Notes: generated from the letters alone by a model not told the origin. A stretch of DNA of 64,000 nt from Lepidodermella squamata (GCA_047495785.1 JBLDXI010000032.1:2418001-2482000); one strand, 5' to 3'. Positions 24,384 to 36,938 are shown, counted from the stretch's first letter. Numbers and translations are program-made.

Positions 24384-25817
24384 TCAGTGAACAGTGGTGA
24401 CGGCGGGCCGAAAGAATGGCATGGGCGCTCGAGTTCTGCGAACCGTAGGCCGTGCGAAAGCTTGCGGAGATGGGAAAACTGTCACTTTGTCTCCTAAACA
24501 AAATTCTCAAATATTTTTCCAGCTCTTGAACCGAAAACTTGCTTTTGATTTTTTGCTTATATAGAGCAAAGCAGACGACAAGGACTATTACGGTGGCTAC
24601 AAGAAATCCACAGCCAACGCCGACCAGAACCTGGAAAGACAGCAAAACTAGGAACAGAGAGCTTGCCCTGAAGATTTCCTTACCCAAATCCATTGCTTTT
24701 TGCAGACAAAATCGTTCTGACCTGCGCATTCGTCATAGGAATAAGTGGTGCCCAAAAACGCTGAATCAGAGAAGTTCAGAGTAAAAGGAATATTTGAACA
24801 TAAAAAACGACAAACTTTGCGTAAAAGTAGACGTTGAGGCGCTGCTGTTTGCGGACCCTCCAGTGCCAGTAGTTGATGACCCGCCTATGCCTGAGGTTGA
24901 CGATGAACTAGTTAGTATTGATCTAGTAGTAGTGCTAGAAGTTCTCGTCGTACTTTGTGTTGTGGTGCTGGTGGTAACCGATGCATCGACATTGATTATA
25001 AGAGTCCTATTAATGACGTTGGGCGAGCCAACAGTTGGCTAAAAAGAGAGATTATATAATAGTAAAGCATTTCCTATTTTGTTCATCCTTACATTATCTT
25101 GAGCCCTGAGGATGATTGTGTGATTGGTGTTGGCTAACCATGGAGGACTGCGGTACAAACTGAGATCTGGACTAGTTCCATTTGAATCATAAGCCACGTA
25201 ATCATTAACACCAGGCGTGACCGGTTGCCCATCGATCGACACGACTGAATACGTCACCCTACCATCCGTAGTTTTATCGAAGTCCGCATCCGTTGCCGGG
25301 GTTGACAGTAGGTATTGTAAGGCGGATGTATCCCTAATAACGTAGTAATTTGGAATGGATGGGTCCCAAACTGGCTTATTGAGATTTCGTCCGGCGAAAT
25401 TGATGTTCAAACTGCTGTAGGCCACGTTACCATTGGCATCGCGGCAACTCATAGTGCAGCCGGGAATGAACTGGCTGTTCAAGTTACTATTGAGGGAGTA
25501 AGGCTTTGCCAGAACTATTACGGTATCACTGAAAGAGATCAATCTTTGCAGGATGATTATAGCTGAACAGTTTTAACTGACTTGATTGTCTGAAAATAAC
25601 TAGCACCATTGCTCAGGGGGCATGAATCTAACGAAACTGTGATAGGCGGAGTGCCGATACATTCATTGGCGGCATCAAACGCAATACCAGTTCCAATGTC
25701 ATTTTCGCCAACTACTCGGCTGAAGTACTCACCCGAGTTCCACGTCTGGCCATTAACTGGTTTCAGCAGTTGACAAATTTGAGACACGGCGAAGACTAAT
25801 GCTACAGGGAAGGTCAT
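24384..25817 (-). CDS. Two-repeat cadherin-like type I membrane protein, paralog 1
   Basis: Signal peptide; Cys-containing first repeat; NKPVW linker; ATDADFDKTTDGRVTYSV...ILRAQDN|P; S/T stalk; CAGQNDFVCKKQWIW; TM. The last exon depends on a GC donor, so the 3' end is uncertain. Confidence 0.8.
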
Positions 25818-25998
25818 TTGGCGTCGAAACAACCATTGAATCCATATGCGCACCTCTCGGATCTTTCTATGAATGCCTTCAACTACACACCCCTATTCAT
25901 CATCTCCATGGTGCTTTCAAGTGCAAAACAAATAGAGAGAGAGGTACATTTCATTTATTCTTTTTAAACCCGTTTTCACAGGTTATGAATGGGATAAA

Positions 25999-27369
25999 TC
26001 ATCGCCGCGGAGGGTTAGCAGGGGGTCTTCGCTTGTTGGAGACGCCGCCGCCGACTTTGGCGCTTCTCCGATTAGTTTGAGCTTCTACAGGTCCGACTCC
26101 ATTGTAAACACCTTTTCTGTCTCGAAGATACGTTAAGAGGACCACAACAATTCCTGCCAATAAGAGCAGGCATCCGCCTCCGAGAACCAGCCAGATCCAA
26201 TTGTCATTACATATCAGAATTTTGACTCCAGCGCATGATGACGATGATACGGTTGTTGCGGCTATCGCACCAGGTTGGGTCGTCCCAAGAGTCGAAGTCG
26301 ACGGTGTTGTACTAGTTGTTGAAGATGTGGTTGTGCTGATTGCAATTGTTGGATACGTAAAAGTATTCGCTCCTGCCGTAAAATTCAAAGTCTCGAAGAT
26401 GACATTTGGCGTCCCTTCTATCGGCTAGCAATAAATATTGAAAGATAAAGAAAATTAGGTGAATAAATGCATTGAAATATACATTATCCCGGGCCTGGAC
26501 AACAACGCTGTGGTCGGTGTTAGGTGGCCACGGAGGAGGGTTGTATATCCCGAGTCGCGAGCTGTTGCCGCCTTCATCGTATAGAAAGTAGTCATTGAGG
26601 TAAGCCGGAACACCATCGACACTCACAACTGAGTAAGTCACCCGACCTCCATACATCGTATCGACATCGTCATCTATTGCTACCGTATCCACTATGAATT
26701 GAGCTAAAAAAAAACGAAAATTCTGTTAGCAGTTTTGCTATCATAAGGGATATTCTTACTTGGCTCCAAACTTTCCAAATAAACGTATCGCGGAAAATCG
26801 TTGGACCATCGCGGACTGCGTGTATTCCCGCCTAGTACAATGATATTTAGCCCAGTAGCGGCTGAGGCTCCAGTTTCATCGGAGCACACAACTGTGCAGT
26901 CTGGGATGAATGAGCTGTATCTGATAAGGCTGTAAGGGCTCGACAACACCACTTTGTTGAACCTGAAAAACAAGATTTGTTCAAATTTGTCTTTTTAATT
27001 ATAGCTTGTTACGAACGTTACGCCGAAAAATGATACCACGCCGTAAGGGCAGTCCGTAATCGCTGAAGAAACCCATAAAATTCCGTAAAAAATATATTGG
27101 AATTCAAAATTAGAAGATGTTACAGATTGAGACGGCTCCTGTTGTATCGTAACACTCGGGGTCAGTGGTTCCAATAAGAGGATCGAAAATCAAACCACCC
27201 TGCAATTATCTTGCTTGAAAATTCGATTCAAGATAAGGCTATTGCTTACTATATTGGTTTCTCGCACCGGAAAGCCGTAGTATGAAGCTGACTTCCATGT
27301 TGGAGCCGCTGAAATGAAAGATACCGCTTCTGCCAACAGCCAAGCAGCAAAAACGCGGATCACTAGCAT
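25999..27369 (-). CDS. Two-repeat cadherin-like type I membrane protein, paralog 2
   Basis: MLVIRVFAAWLLAEAVSFISA|APTWKSASYYG; AIDDDVDTMYGGRVTYSV...VQARDN; T-rich stalk; CAGVKILICNDNWIW; TM; short basic/Pro tail. Confidence 0.83.
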
Positions 27370-27659
27370 CACGTTAGCGATTCCCTAGCCATTGGCGCAA
27401 AATAAATGGGAATTAAATGCAAAGACGAAGACGCTCGCAGTATTCATTTCTATTCATTACACAGGCCTGCTTTGATTCAGAGACGATGAATGGAATCCAA
27501 GGAAAATAGTAACGCATTCAAAGGTTTTGCGTCGCGACACCTTATGTTCGATATTACGTGCTCCTGAAATCGGGTGGTTGCTGATTAAAAACTCATTTGG
27601 TTTCCCGTTCAGCTGGCTCTTAGGCTGGATTGCCTCTGAATGTCCCTATCATCACAATA

Positions 27660-28145
27660 CAGTTGTCTAAACCGGACTAAGGTCGTGCCAGGCAAAATCG
27701 TCCGGTTTAGAGAAAGTCCGAATTATTTTAAACCGGACTGAGTCCGGTATAGGAAATACCACGTGAAATTCGTGGAATTGTCAAGTTTTACAAGCTAAGT
27801 AACAGTTTTTAAGTACGGAATCGACAATTTTAATATAAATAATCAACATATTCAGCTATATTCGCAATAATTTGGAAGTTACATTTTTTTGAAATTTTGA
27901 GGCTACTCTTGTCAGGCAATTGCTGGCACTTTCTTCAAAATTATATAGAAAATTGGCCTTTTTATTGCATAAACCGGACTTCGGGCCCCAAATCCGTCCG
28001 GTTTATACACCAGCCCGGTTTAGAGCGTCCGGTTTAGACAATAAAATTATAATGCAAAGTCCACACTTTCGGATCGAGCCACCCGAAATCGTCCGGTTTA
28101 GAGAAAGTCCGGTTTAGACCGGTCCGGTTTAAACAACTTTCACTG
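27660..28145. mobile_element. MITE copy 2, inverted relative to copy 1
   Basis: Reverse complement of 3250-3742 with scattered substitutions; TA-flanked; the left TIR has a 6 nt deletion (CAGTTGTCT instead of CAGTGAAAGTTGTCT). Confidence 0.95.
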
Positions 28146-28267
28146 TATATCGTCGGCTGTTTATCACCGAAATTTATTAAAAACAGCAGAAGAGTTACAA
28201 AAATAGGTACAGGAAAGTATTTTTATGCGACCGAGAAATTCATGATTTTGAAGAAAATATGGATTGG

Positions 28268-29780
28268 CTATCTTGGCAAGCCATTGTAGAAATTTCCGCC
28301 GTAATAATTGATGTAATTAGGGTCCGGCGCCATTTCTGGGTGGTACATTGATGGGTTGTACATTTGATGCGGATAACCAGGCGGCGCCCCTTCACCAGGA
28401 GGTTTTCGCCGCGGGCCAACATTTTTCCTATAGGAAAATCTCAATTATTGAATGTCACGTGATCAAATCGAGTATCTCACCTCCTGTTTTTGTCTCGAAG
28501 GTACAAGCCAATTGCTAACCCACCTCCGGCTAACACCATGAGTAAACCAAGGCCAACAACGAGCTGATAACAAAACTGATCATTTCAAAATTTCAAAATT
28601 AATCAAGTATCCTGACCCAAATCCAGTTGTTGTTGCAGAGCATGATGTTGTCGCCACAGGAAGAAGGGGTTGTCGAGCTTGCTGCCTGCGCAGCCGCGGA
28701 AGTTGACAAAGCCACGGTGGTCGTTGTTTCTGTAGCTACGCTCTGGGTGGACTGAGTTGAGAACGGGAGAGTTACACTGCCCGTCAAAGTTATTGCATCG
28801 ATGGCAACATTTATGGTGATTGTTTTCGTGATGACGTTAGATGTTCCTGATCGAGGCTGGTTAAATGAAGAAGTACGTCAACTAAACCCCTTTGAGCCAT
28901 ATAGGATTGCGCTTACATTATCCTTTGCGCTGATTATTACTAGATGCGAAGATCCAACAGCCCAGTTCGGACTGTTGTAGATGTTCAGTCGGGAACTATT
29001 ACCGTCATTTTCGTAAACCAGAACTCCACCGCTGGGCGGGAATCCGTCGATACTTGAAACTGAATACGTCACGAATCCATCCGTGGTTTTATCGATGTCT
29101 AAATCATAGGCCGGAGTATCCACCACAAATTGAACTTTCCACAAAAAAATTAGATTAATTCGGCATAAATTCATTGAATAAAATTTTACGTGGTTCCAAG
29201 GTTGTCAATGTAATGTTTGTCGGGAAGGTGTTGTTCCAAACTGGCGCTTGAGTGTTCGCACCCAGAATTTGAATCGTTAGCGAGGTATACGCCACTGAAT
29301 TCGAACTATCAGCACAGGCTACTATGCAGTCAGGAATTATCGCGCTATTATTTATAAGCGTATACTGCTGGGCCAGAACAATTTTGTTGTCGACTCTATA
29401 GATAATAAAAAAGGAGGCTCCAAGTGGTCAGAAAACTGTAAAATCTCACGTTACACCGAAGTAATTCGTATTGAATGGGCATGTCAAGAGATCTGATGTT
29501 AAGGACTCCTTCATATTTCAGAAAATTAGGTTGGATATGAATGACTTACCTATTTGTACAGGTAAAAGTAAATTATAGCACTCTCCGGTTCCCATCGGGT
29601 CAAATAGGACACTTCCCTAAAAATTGAATTATTTCACATAAGGTCTATGGATTCAAGATCGCTTACCACACTGGTTTCTGATACTAAATTGCTGAAGTAC
29701 TGCCCTGATTTCCACATGGGTGCGGAACAGACCAACAGCGCCTCGCCCAGAATAATCAAAACCGTTACAATATTCCTCAT
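28268..29780 (-). CDS. Two-repeat cadherin-like type I membrane protein, paralog 3
   Basis: MRNIVTVLIILGEALLVCS|APMWKSGQYFS; AYDLDIDKTTDGFVTYSV...ISAKDN; CGDNIMLCNNNWIW; TM; Tyr/Pro-rich tail ending DPNYINYYGGNFYNGLPR*. Confidence 0.83.
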
Positions 29781-30209
29781 CGTTTTTGCTGATTCGTCAC
29801 ATTTTCACGAGAACTAATTTTGAAGAATGATAATACCTAGTTAGTTTTTACACGCTGCGTACGTGCACGCCTCCTCAATAGCTGAATGAAATTTCTTAGC
29901 GACCACAGAAAAGTGGCTTCTTTCAGGCTTTAAAAAAGTCTGATGAAGCTCCGTGGCTATTCATCAAACTAAAATAATAATAATTTTTAACAAGAGAGGA
30001 AATCTGAAGCAAATCAATCAAAAAACTGGGGGAAGCCATTAAAACAATTTTTGTAACAATATCTTCATGTTTCAACGTTGCAATTGGTGGAAAGGAAAGC
30101 TCTCCTGCTCAGAGAATTACCTAACACACTTTTTTAATCAAAAACAACTATGACAAGATCAGTTTTATTTTTATATACAAAAATTGAACAAAATCTGCGC
30201 TGCATTATT

Positions 30210-31742
30210 TCAAAAACGGGGCGTAGGTCGAGGTGTAATGTACTTCTGCCTTTCCCCATTGTACATTTCCATGAACGGATTTCGGCCTCGAGACTCCTGC
30301 TGCGCCATGTAATCTTCGATCGGAGGTCGGTACTCGTAGTGGGGCGCCTCAGGGCCTGGTGGAGGCCTTCGGTATCGGGCTGGTTGGGGATACTTGACAG
30401 CATCAGGGGCAACCCTATTCAAGTAACTAGTTCATTAGATCGTTTTTTTCTTTTTTCCTTAACCTACCCTCGATTTTGTTTCATGCAATAGGCTATTCCA
30501 ACAATTCCAACAACAAGCAGAACAAAACCACCGATTGCGACGATAAGCTAAAAATGTCATTTGATTACGTTTTAGATAATCCGTACAGTGAAGTGAACAT
30601 ACCCAAATCCAATTGTTTCCGCATATCAAAAGTCGAATGCCCCCGCAATCGTCATTTGTTTGGGACGATTGGGAAGTTTTAGTGGTTGAAGATGTTCCTG
30701 TGCCCACGGTACTTGTCGCTGTGCCAGTGTAGTAAATGATCGTAGTGCTAGCGAATAGACTCCCGGTGTAAGAGCTGTCAGTCGGAATATAGACTATAGT
30801 TAGGGTCGTAGCCGTAGACTTTCTCTTGATCGACGATAAAGGCTATAATGAATAAAAGTTTCATAACAAGCGTAGAGCTTCAGCATTTATTTACGTTATC
30901 TTGCGCCAAAATTACAACTTGATGAACGCTGTCTTGGGCCCATCCAGGATCGCGCGTCAAATACAGATTAGGCGTCGCGCCGTTTTTGTCGTAGGACAGA
31001 TAATCGTTGCTGGATGTTACTGCCGACCCATCTATCGTGCTGATGGTGTAAGTCACCAATCCAGACGTCTCCTGATCGAGGTCGTTGTCGTAGGCAGGAG
31101 TGCTAACGACCAACATTGGAAAATAGACCGTATTCAGTTTTACTAAACGCGGCCAAGAACTGTTCCAAACTGGTACGTAATAGTTGCCAGTTACGAAAGA
31201 AATCGTCAAACTGGTGTAGGCAGTCGTTCCTAAGCTATCCGTACACGCTAACGTACAATCTGGCAGCATCGAGCTGTGGCCAGTTACATTCAGGTAATAA
31301 GCCTTGCCGAGAATAACCTTGTAATCACTCCTATTTTGATAAAATAGATTATTGCTAGAGGCGGTCCCATGAAAAATAGCCTACGTTATATTGAAGTAAC
31401 TATCGGCATCTCCGATTCGACACGAAACTAGCGAAATCGTTATCTCGCCAGTGATGTAGAAACACTGAGGATTGCTTCCACTGATACCTGTGAAAATAAA
31501 CCGAACATTTCCTCTACTCACCAGTTAAATTAGGCTGATATAACGTACCAGGGTCAAATATTGTGGAACCCTGAAAAATTTCAGGTCAAGTTTTTGTGAA
31601 TATTAATGCAATTCGCATGACTTACAACAGCATCTTCTGCAATAGGTATTCCGTAGTATGAGGAACTCTGCCAAATTTGAGCTATGAATGACGGCACGCC
31701 GCAGTAGATGAGCGCTAAAATTAGTAGGAATCGATTTGCCAT
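30210..31742 (-). CDS. Two-repeat cadherin-like type I membrane protein, paralog 4
   Basis: MANRFLLILALIYCGVPSFIA|QIWQSSSYYG; 22 nt micro-exon GSTIFDP; AYDNDLDQETSGLVTYTI...ILAQDN; CGGIRLLICGNNWIW; TM; Tyr/Pro tail. Confidence 0.83.
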
Positions 31743-32076
31743 AATATTTTACTGCATTCGATAAAACGAAACGGCGAATCGAACACCCTATAACCTCACC
31801 TGCTCACATTTTTTTTCAGAAACGTGGATTGTGTAATGGTTTCAATTCATTTCTATTGAGCTATCATGAATGGAAGGGAAGTTGCTAGGCCCAGTTGAAT
31901 AGACCGGTCGCCACGCACCAACAAGTACAAACACGTATGACATCTCTATCGGCTCATCTTTGATCTCAGGACCGAAATCGATAACTCAGGAGTTAATATA
32001 ATTAAAACAGATAAAAATTGAACATATTATTATTTTTATTGCTATGTAAAAAACAGAAAGGCAAATAATTATAAAA

Positions 32077-33682
32077 TCATCTTCGAGAGCTGTTGATATA
32101 GTTGGGATCTCTCGGAGGGCCTCTAGTGGAGTTGGGGATAGCGACGCTGTTTCTAGGCGTGTTAAAGTTATTACTCGGCGGTCTTGCGCTATTTTGAGGT
32201 GGATTGTTGCCGACCGGGTTGTTGTAAGACCCAGGCTGTTGAGGTGGCTGCTGCGATGGCCTGGCACTTGGGGGAGGTTGGCCCGCATTGCTCGGGCGTT
32301 GTTGAGCTGGTGCTCGCATTTCTTGGGGCGCCGGCTTTTTTACGCCATCTTCAGCATTGACAGAGTTACTTCTGCTCAAATTTTAATCGATAAATTCGAA
32401 AATCAATTCATTAAATTAAGCAACGAACCCATATTTTCGAAGACAAACCACTGCGACAATTATCAAAATTATTAAAGAAACCAAGCACGCGCAACCAACA
32501 GCCAACTTATAGCGAGGAAAATTTCAAAAAAATTCATTTTTATAGTCGGAGTTTCTTACCCAAATCCAGTTATTTCCGCAAACAATGCTGTCTGCAGATG
32601 AGCCCCACGTGTCGCAGCCCTTTTTGGTTGTTGTAGACGCGATGATAGCTCGTGGCGCGGTAACATAATAGACTGTAGTTGATGGAGTTGTTGGGAAGAT
32701 AATCACTGGGCCAACTGAAACTCCATTTGCTACGGTAACCGTGATTTCTCTTGTAATCACATTTGCAGTCTTGTTAATCGGCTGAAAAATGGCATAAAAA
32801 TATATGCTAAAATTTGAAATGCTTCATCTACGTTGTCTTTCGCGCCAATCACGACCGAATGAACGGAGCCGGACAGCCACGGTAAAGTGTAGATGACCAT
32901 CAGATCGGGACTGCGGCCGTTGTCGGCATATTGCAAGAAATCGTTCACGCCTATAATCACCGGCTGCTTGTCGATAGAGCTAACGAAATATGTTATCCGT
33001 CCATTCGTTTCCTTGTCCAGATCTGGGTCATCGGCTGGGGTCGTCATGAGTAATTGGGGCGGTTGCAACGAGTCAACCTCGAGAACGGTTGGGAAGGTGC
33101 TTTAAAAGAGTGTTTAATTTGATGAAAATAATCTCAAAAAAGCTGGTTAATCTCACTTATTCCACACTGGCGGTTGGTTTAGAGTGCTGTAAATCAAAAT
33201 TGTTAAGGTGGTCGTCTCTGCCGCGCCCGTTTCGTCGGAGCATGATATCACACAGTCTGGTACGGTTTGGCTGAAGCCCGCTAGCTTCGAAAGTGGGTAA
33301 GCCTTCGCGAGAATTATTTTGCGTCCGTCACCACTAAAATTATAAAATTTGCTAAAATGTCCCTTTGGTTCACTTTTACAAACCTAGTAGCGAAATAATC
33401 GGCAACAGCGGTGGGACACGAAACAACAGCGATTGTGACTGTCCCTTGGGTGCCGTAGCATTCCACTCCTTTTGCATTTCCAATCCCAGGATCGAAAATT
33501 ATCGCCCCCTTTCAAATTAAATGTCTTCAGCTTCAAACTTTGACCTAGATAAATACGCCGGATTGACTTACAACTTGGTCATCGCCTACAGGATTGCCGT
33601 AGTAAGCGGGCGCTCGCCATTCGACTCCGCCGATTATCTCAAACCAGGAACCAAAGAGCAGCAAGTAAAGTGCCACGTTCAT
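32077..33682 (-). CDS. Two-repeat cadherin-like type I membrane protein, paralog 5
   Basis: MNVALYLLLFGSWFEIIGG|VEWRAPAYYG; ADDPDLDKETNGRITYFV...IGAKDN; CDTWGSSADSIVCGNNWIW; TM; P/Q/N tail ending DPNYINSSRR*. Confidence 0.83.
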
Positions 33683-34699
33683 TCCGAAATCGTCATGAAC
33701 TCCTCAAGAAAACCGTGTGCAGTAAACAGGACTCACGTTGCTATGCTAGATGCGCCCATAGCGAGATGACATTCAATGCAAAAAACACCCACCTGAATGG
33801 CGCATTTAAGCGCATGAAAGGCGGATTGTGAATAAGTCATTTTTACCGCATTCTTTTTGCCGTCAATAACTCAAAATTGAAATACCGATTGCTTCCTGTA
33901 TAGAAAAGGCGAAATTTCGTCGATTGTAGCGTTTTATTTTCCATCACTTGCGTTTCACGAACGTATCAGTTTTCTTCACTTCATAACAATAACAGTAATC
34001 AGTAATAGTAGCAAGAAACAATTATGATAGTAAAGATGCGTTCAGGCAAATAATGAGTAGTAATTTTTTCCTTCGAGCTGTAAGAGACCTTTCACAGGCC
34101 TCAACACCGGTTTTAGGCGTATCGGCTGCGCCTGTTTATAGACAATTTTGGTACCAGATGAATCAAGAATTTTCGAGGAATATCTTGAAATATGATGCAT
34201 AAGATTTGGAACAGAGAGCTATTTGACTGTATTTGACTTGATTCAACTACTCTAAAACGGCTACTATTGATGGAAACAGAAACAAAGCTTAAATTATTTG
34301 TAAAAAGCCACAATATTGAACGAAAACGAACGCGTGTGTGGAAACGCAATTTATCATCGCCATCATTTAAAAACAGAATTGAGCTAATTTTTCATTTTCT
34401 GCAATGATAAAGTAAACCACATTTTTCATCAAAGCAATGGCATTTTATCAAAATAATTTGTTTCGTGATTTTGTACAAGAAACTGGCAACATGCTCGATT
34501 AAATACGCCCGCATAGATAGATATTACACAGCTTTGACCAAGAAATCGGCGTAATAACATCGCGAACATTAACATCATCATCACACTTAGAGTTATCATT
34601 ATTATTTCATTCTTCAGTTTTGTGATCACATTATAAGCCTGTCGGAAAACACGCTTGTTATTTATTTTATGGTTTTTCGTAAACAAATGATTGCAGGGG

Positions 34700-36833
34700 C
34701 TATTGTTTTTTCGCACTTGGCCGTTTTGGTTCGACATCTACGGTCGAAGCTGCTGATATCGAGTCACCCAGGCTGGAAGAGGAGTAGCCTTTACTACTCG
34801 CTTTTTCATTACCAGAACCGCCTCGTTTGCTTGTTTCTACCGCTAACCGGTCATTGGGCGGGGCGACGCTGTCATTGCCACCCACGATTGATGTGGGTTC
34901 GGCGTCGCTTGAGAAGTAATAGGTCCAAACTGCGTTTATTTCGTGCACCCACTCAAGCGCGAAGCCTTCGCGGTCGATTAGGTAATACGTCCGATTCGGG
35001 ACGTGGATGAAGAAAACTTTGAAGTCTTTCGGTTCTGTTCTCAACTCTTTCCCGAACGGAATTTCGCCTTTTAGAACCCCCCGTTCGGCATCTACGTAAA
35101 ATAGCCTCGGGCCTTCGGTGAGAAGAAACATGCGCCGACGAGCAAACAGGCCCTGATTTCAAAGGAATAATTTTCAGTTCGAACTCATGAAACTAAAATT
35201 CAACATACAACACGTTTGTCGAGGAAGCCAGCTTTGAGGATAAGATTGCCTTCAACGTGTTTATGGTAAATATTGTCCTTTGCTTGGGCGCTAAGCCGGG
35301 CCGCTCTTTCCTGACTTGAAAGCCGTAAATGCCGACCAATGCTAAGCAAGCTGTTAAAACTGCTGGTTTGACAAGGCTCGATGATAATTTCCCGCGCTTC
35401 CCCACTCGAATTCATTGGGGCGACGAACTGAAACAGTAGCCTCTGAAGGTGTGTGTCATCGAAGCCAGGCTATGACAGGCGATAGTAATAATATAGACAG
35501 CCGTTATTGAGTGTAAAATGAGTTCTAAGTTTAAGTTAAGGCGGCTCTAACTCACAGGAACATTGTCTTCGTCGGTATCAACGGCATGCAATGGTGCCAC
35601 AACAGCGTTATCGCCCTTCCGTAGAGAGGGCGGCTTCGATTGGGGTAATTGTTCCCAATCTATACCAGAGAAAAATGAATGGCCTCGTAAGACTGGATAG
35701 CCACCAGTTTCAAGAACACCCAGTCGCTGCGTAGGGTCGGGGACCTTGAATTGGCATCGGCATAAAAACAATATTTAACAAATGGGTGTTTAACTCACCA
35801 ACAACTTTTGCACCAGATCTTTAGCGGCGGGGTTGAAATCATCGGGGAAAGAATAATCGAGTGAATTAATGCGTTGGAAAATGAAAAACTCAGTCCTTTA
35901 ACACAATATATTAAGCGTAGATGCGCAAGAATCAGGTCTCTTTGACTTACTCTCCATAGAAAGGCCATTTCCCGGTTAAAAGCTGGTATACTATACAACC
36001 AAGGCCCCAGAGGTCAGACCCGAAAGACGAAGGTTTGCCAGTCAGCACCTCGGGAGAGACATACTGTGCCGTACCGACGAATGATTTGGTGCGATACATG
36101 TTAGCCGACATCGCAGCTGGACCTCGGCCACTTGACGGATCGCGAGGTTTATTATTGGCCTCTGGGCCCGATGGAGCTGCGCTCGGAGGTTTCTTTATGT
36201 CGACTGAGTTCATGTCCTTATCAAATAATTTGACTGAGCCGAAATCGCAGAGCATTATATGCATGTCTCGGCGGATTAAGATATTTTCGGGTTTCAAATC
36301 CCTAAATTTGTTGTGAAAATTAACCAATTAATTAATATTCATAATAGTAAATACCTGTGGACAATGTGACAACCATTAGGCAAGCCATGGTGCAGATATT
36401 CCAAAGCGTGGACGATTTCTGCAGTGTAATGGCGGGCTTGATCGAGGGAAAATTTTCCGAGTTCACGAATGTAATTGAGCAAATCTCCATTCGGTGCGTA
36501 AGTCAAGACGAAATACAACCTTTCGTCGTCTTGAAACGTAGAATATAATGTAGTGATGAAAGGATGATGCCCAGCATTACACCAGTTTAGGGCTTCTTTC
36601 TCGCGCATCACATATTCGATTTTATTTTCCTTGATAATGTGATGCTTATCGCAAACTTTGATTGCAACTTCATGATTAGTTTCAGCATCTTTGCAGTAAT
36701 AGACATTGGAAAATGATCCATCACCGATAATACGGAGAAACTTGTAAAACTGCTTTGAATTTCGACGAGGTGGCTCATCTGCGCCGCTGTCATTAACCGC
36801 AACAGGATCGACAGGCGATGTAACCACAGACAT
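34700..36833 (-). CDS. PDPK1: 3-phosphoinositide-dependent protein kinase 1
   Basis: IGDGSFSNV, AIKVCDKHHIIKENK, HR|DLKPENIL, SFVGTAQYVSPE; C-terminal PH domain GLFARRRMFLLTEGPRLFYVD...FFIHVPNRTYYL. Confidence 0.96.
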
Positions 36834-36938
36834 GTCAATCCTTATTAACAGTCTACGACAAAATAAAAATGAAAATTATCCCTGACTTAGTTCCTTCCGA
36901 CAAATAAAAAACAGCTTTATCATTTATACTGCAACTAT

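Noticed and set aside
25730-25750. N-terminal Trp of the mini-cadherins as a classical strand-swap Trp2
   Set aside because: The same Trp recurs at the start of repeat 2 (P-x-W), so it most likely corresponds to the ordinary PxF core position.
36339-36360. PDPK1 appearing to have HRY instead of HRD
   Set aside because: ORF read-through into an intron; splicing restores HRDLKPEN.
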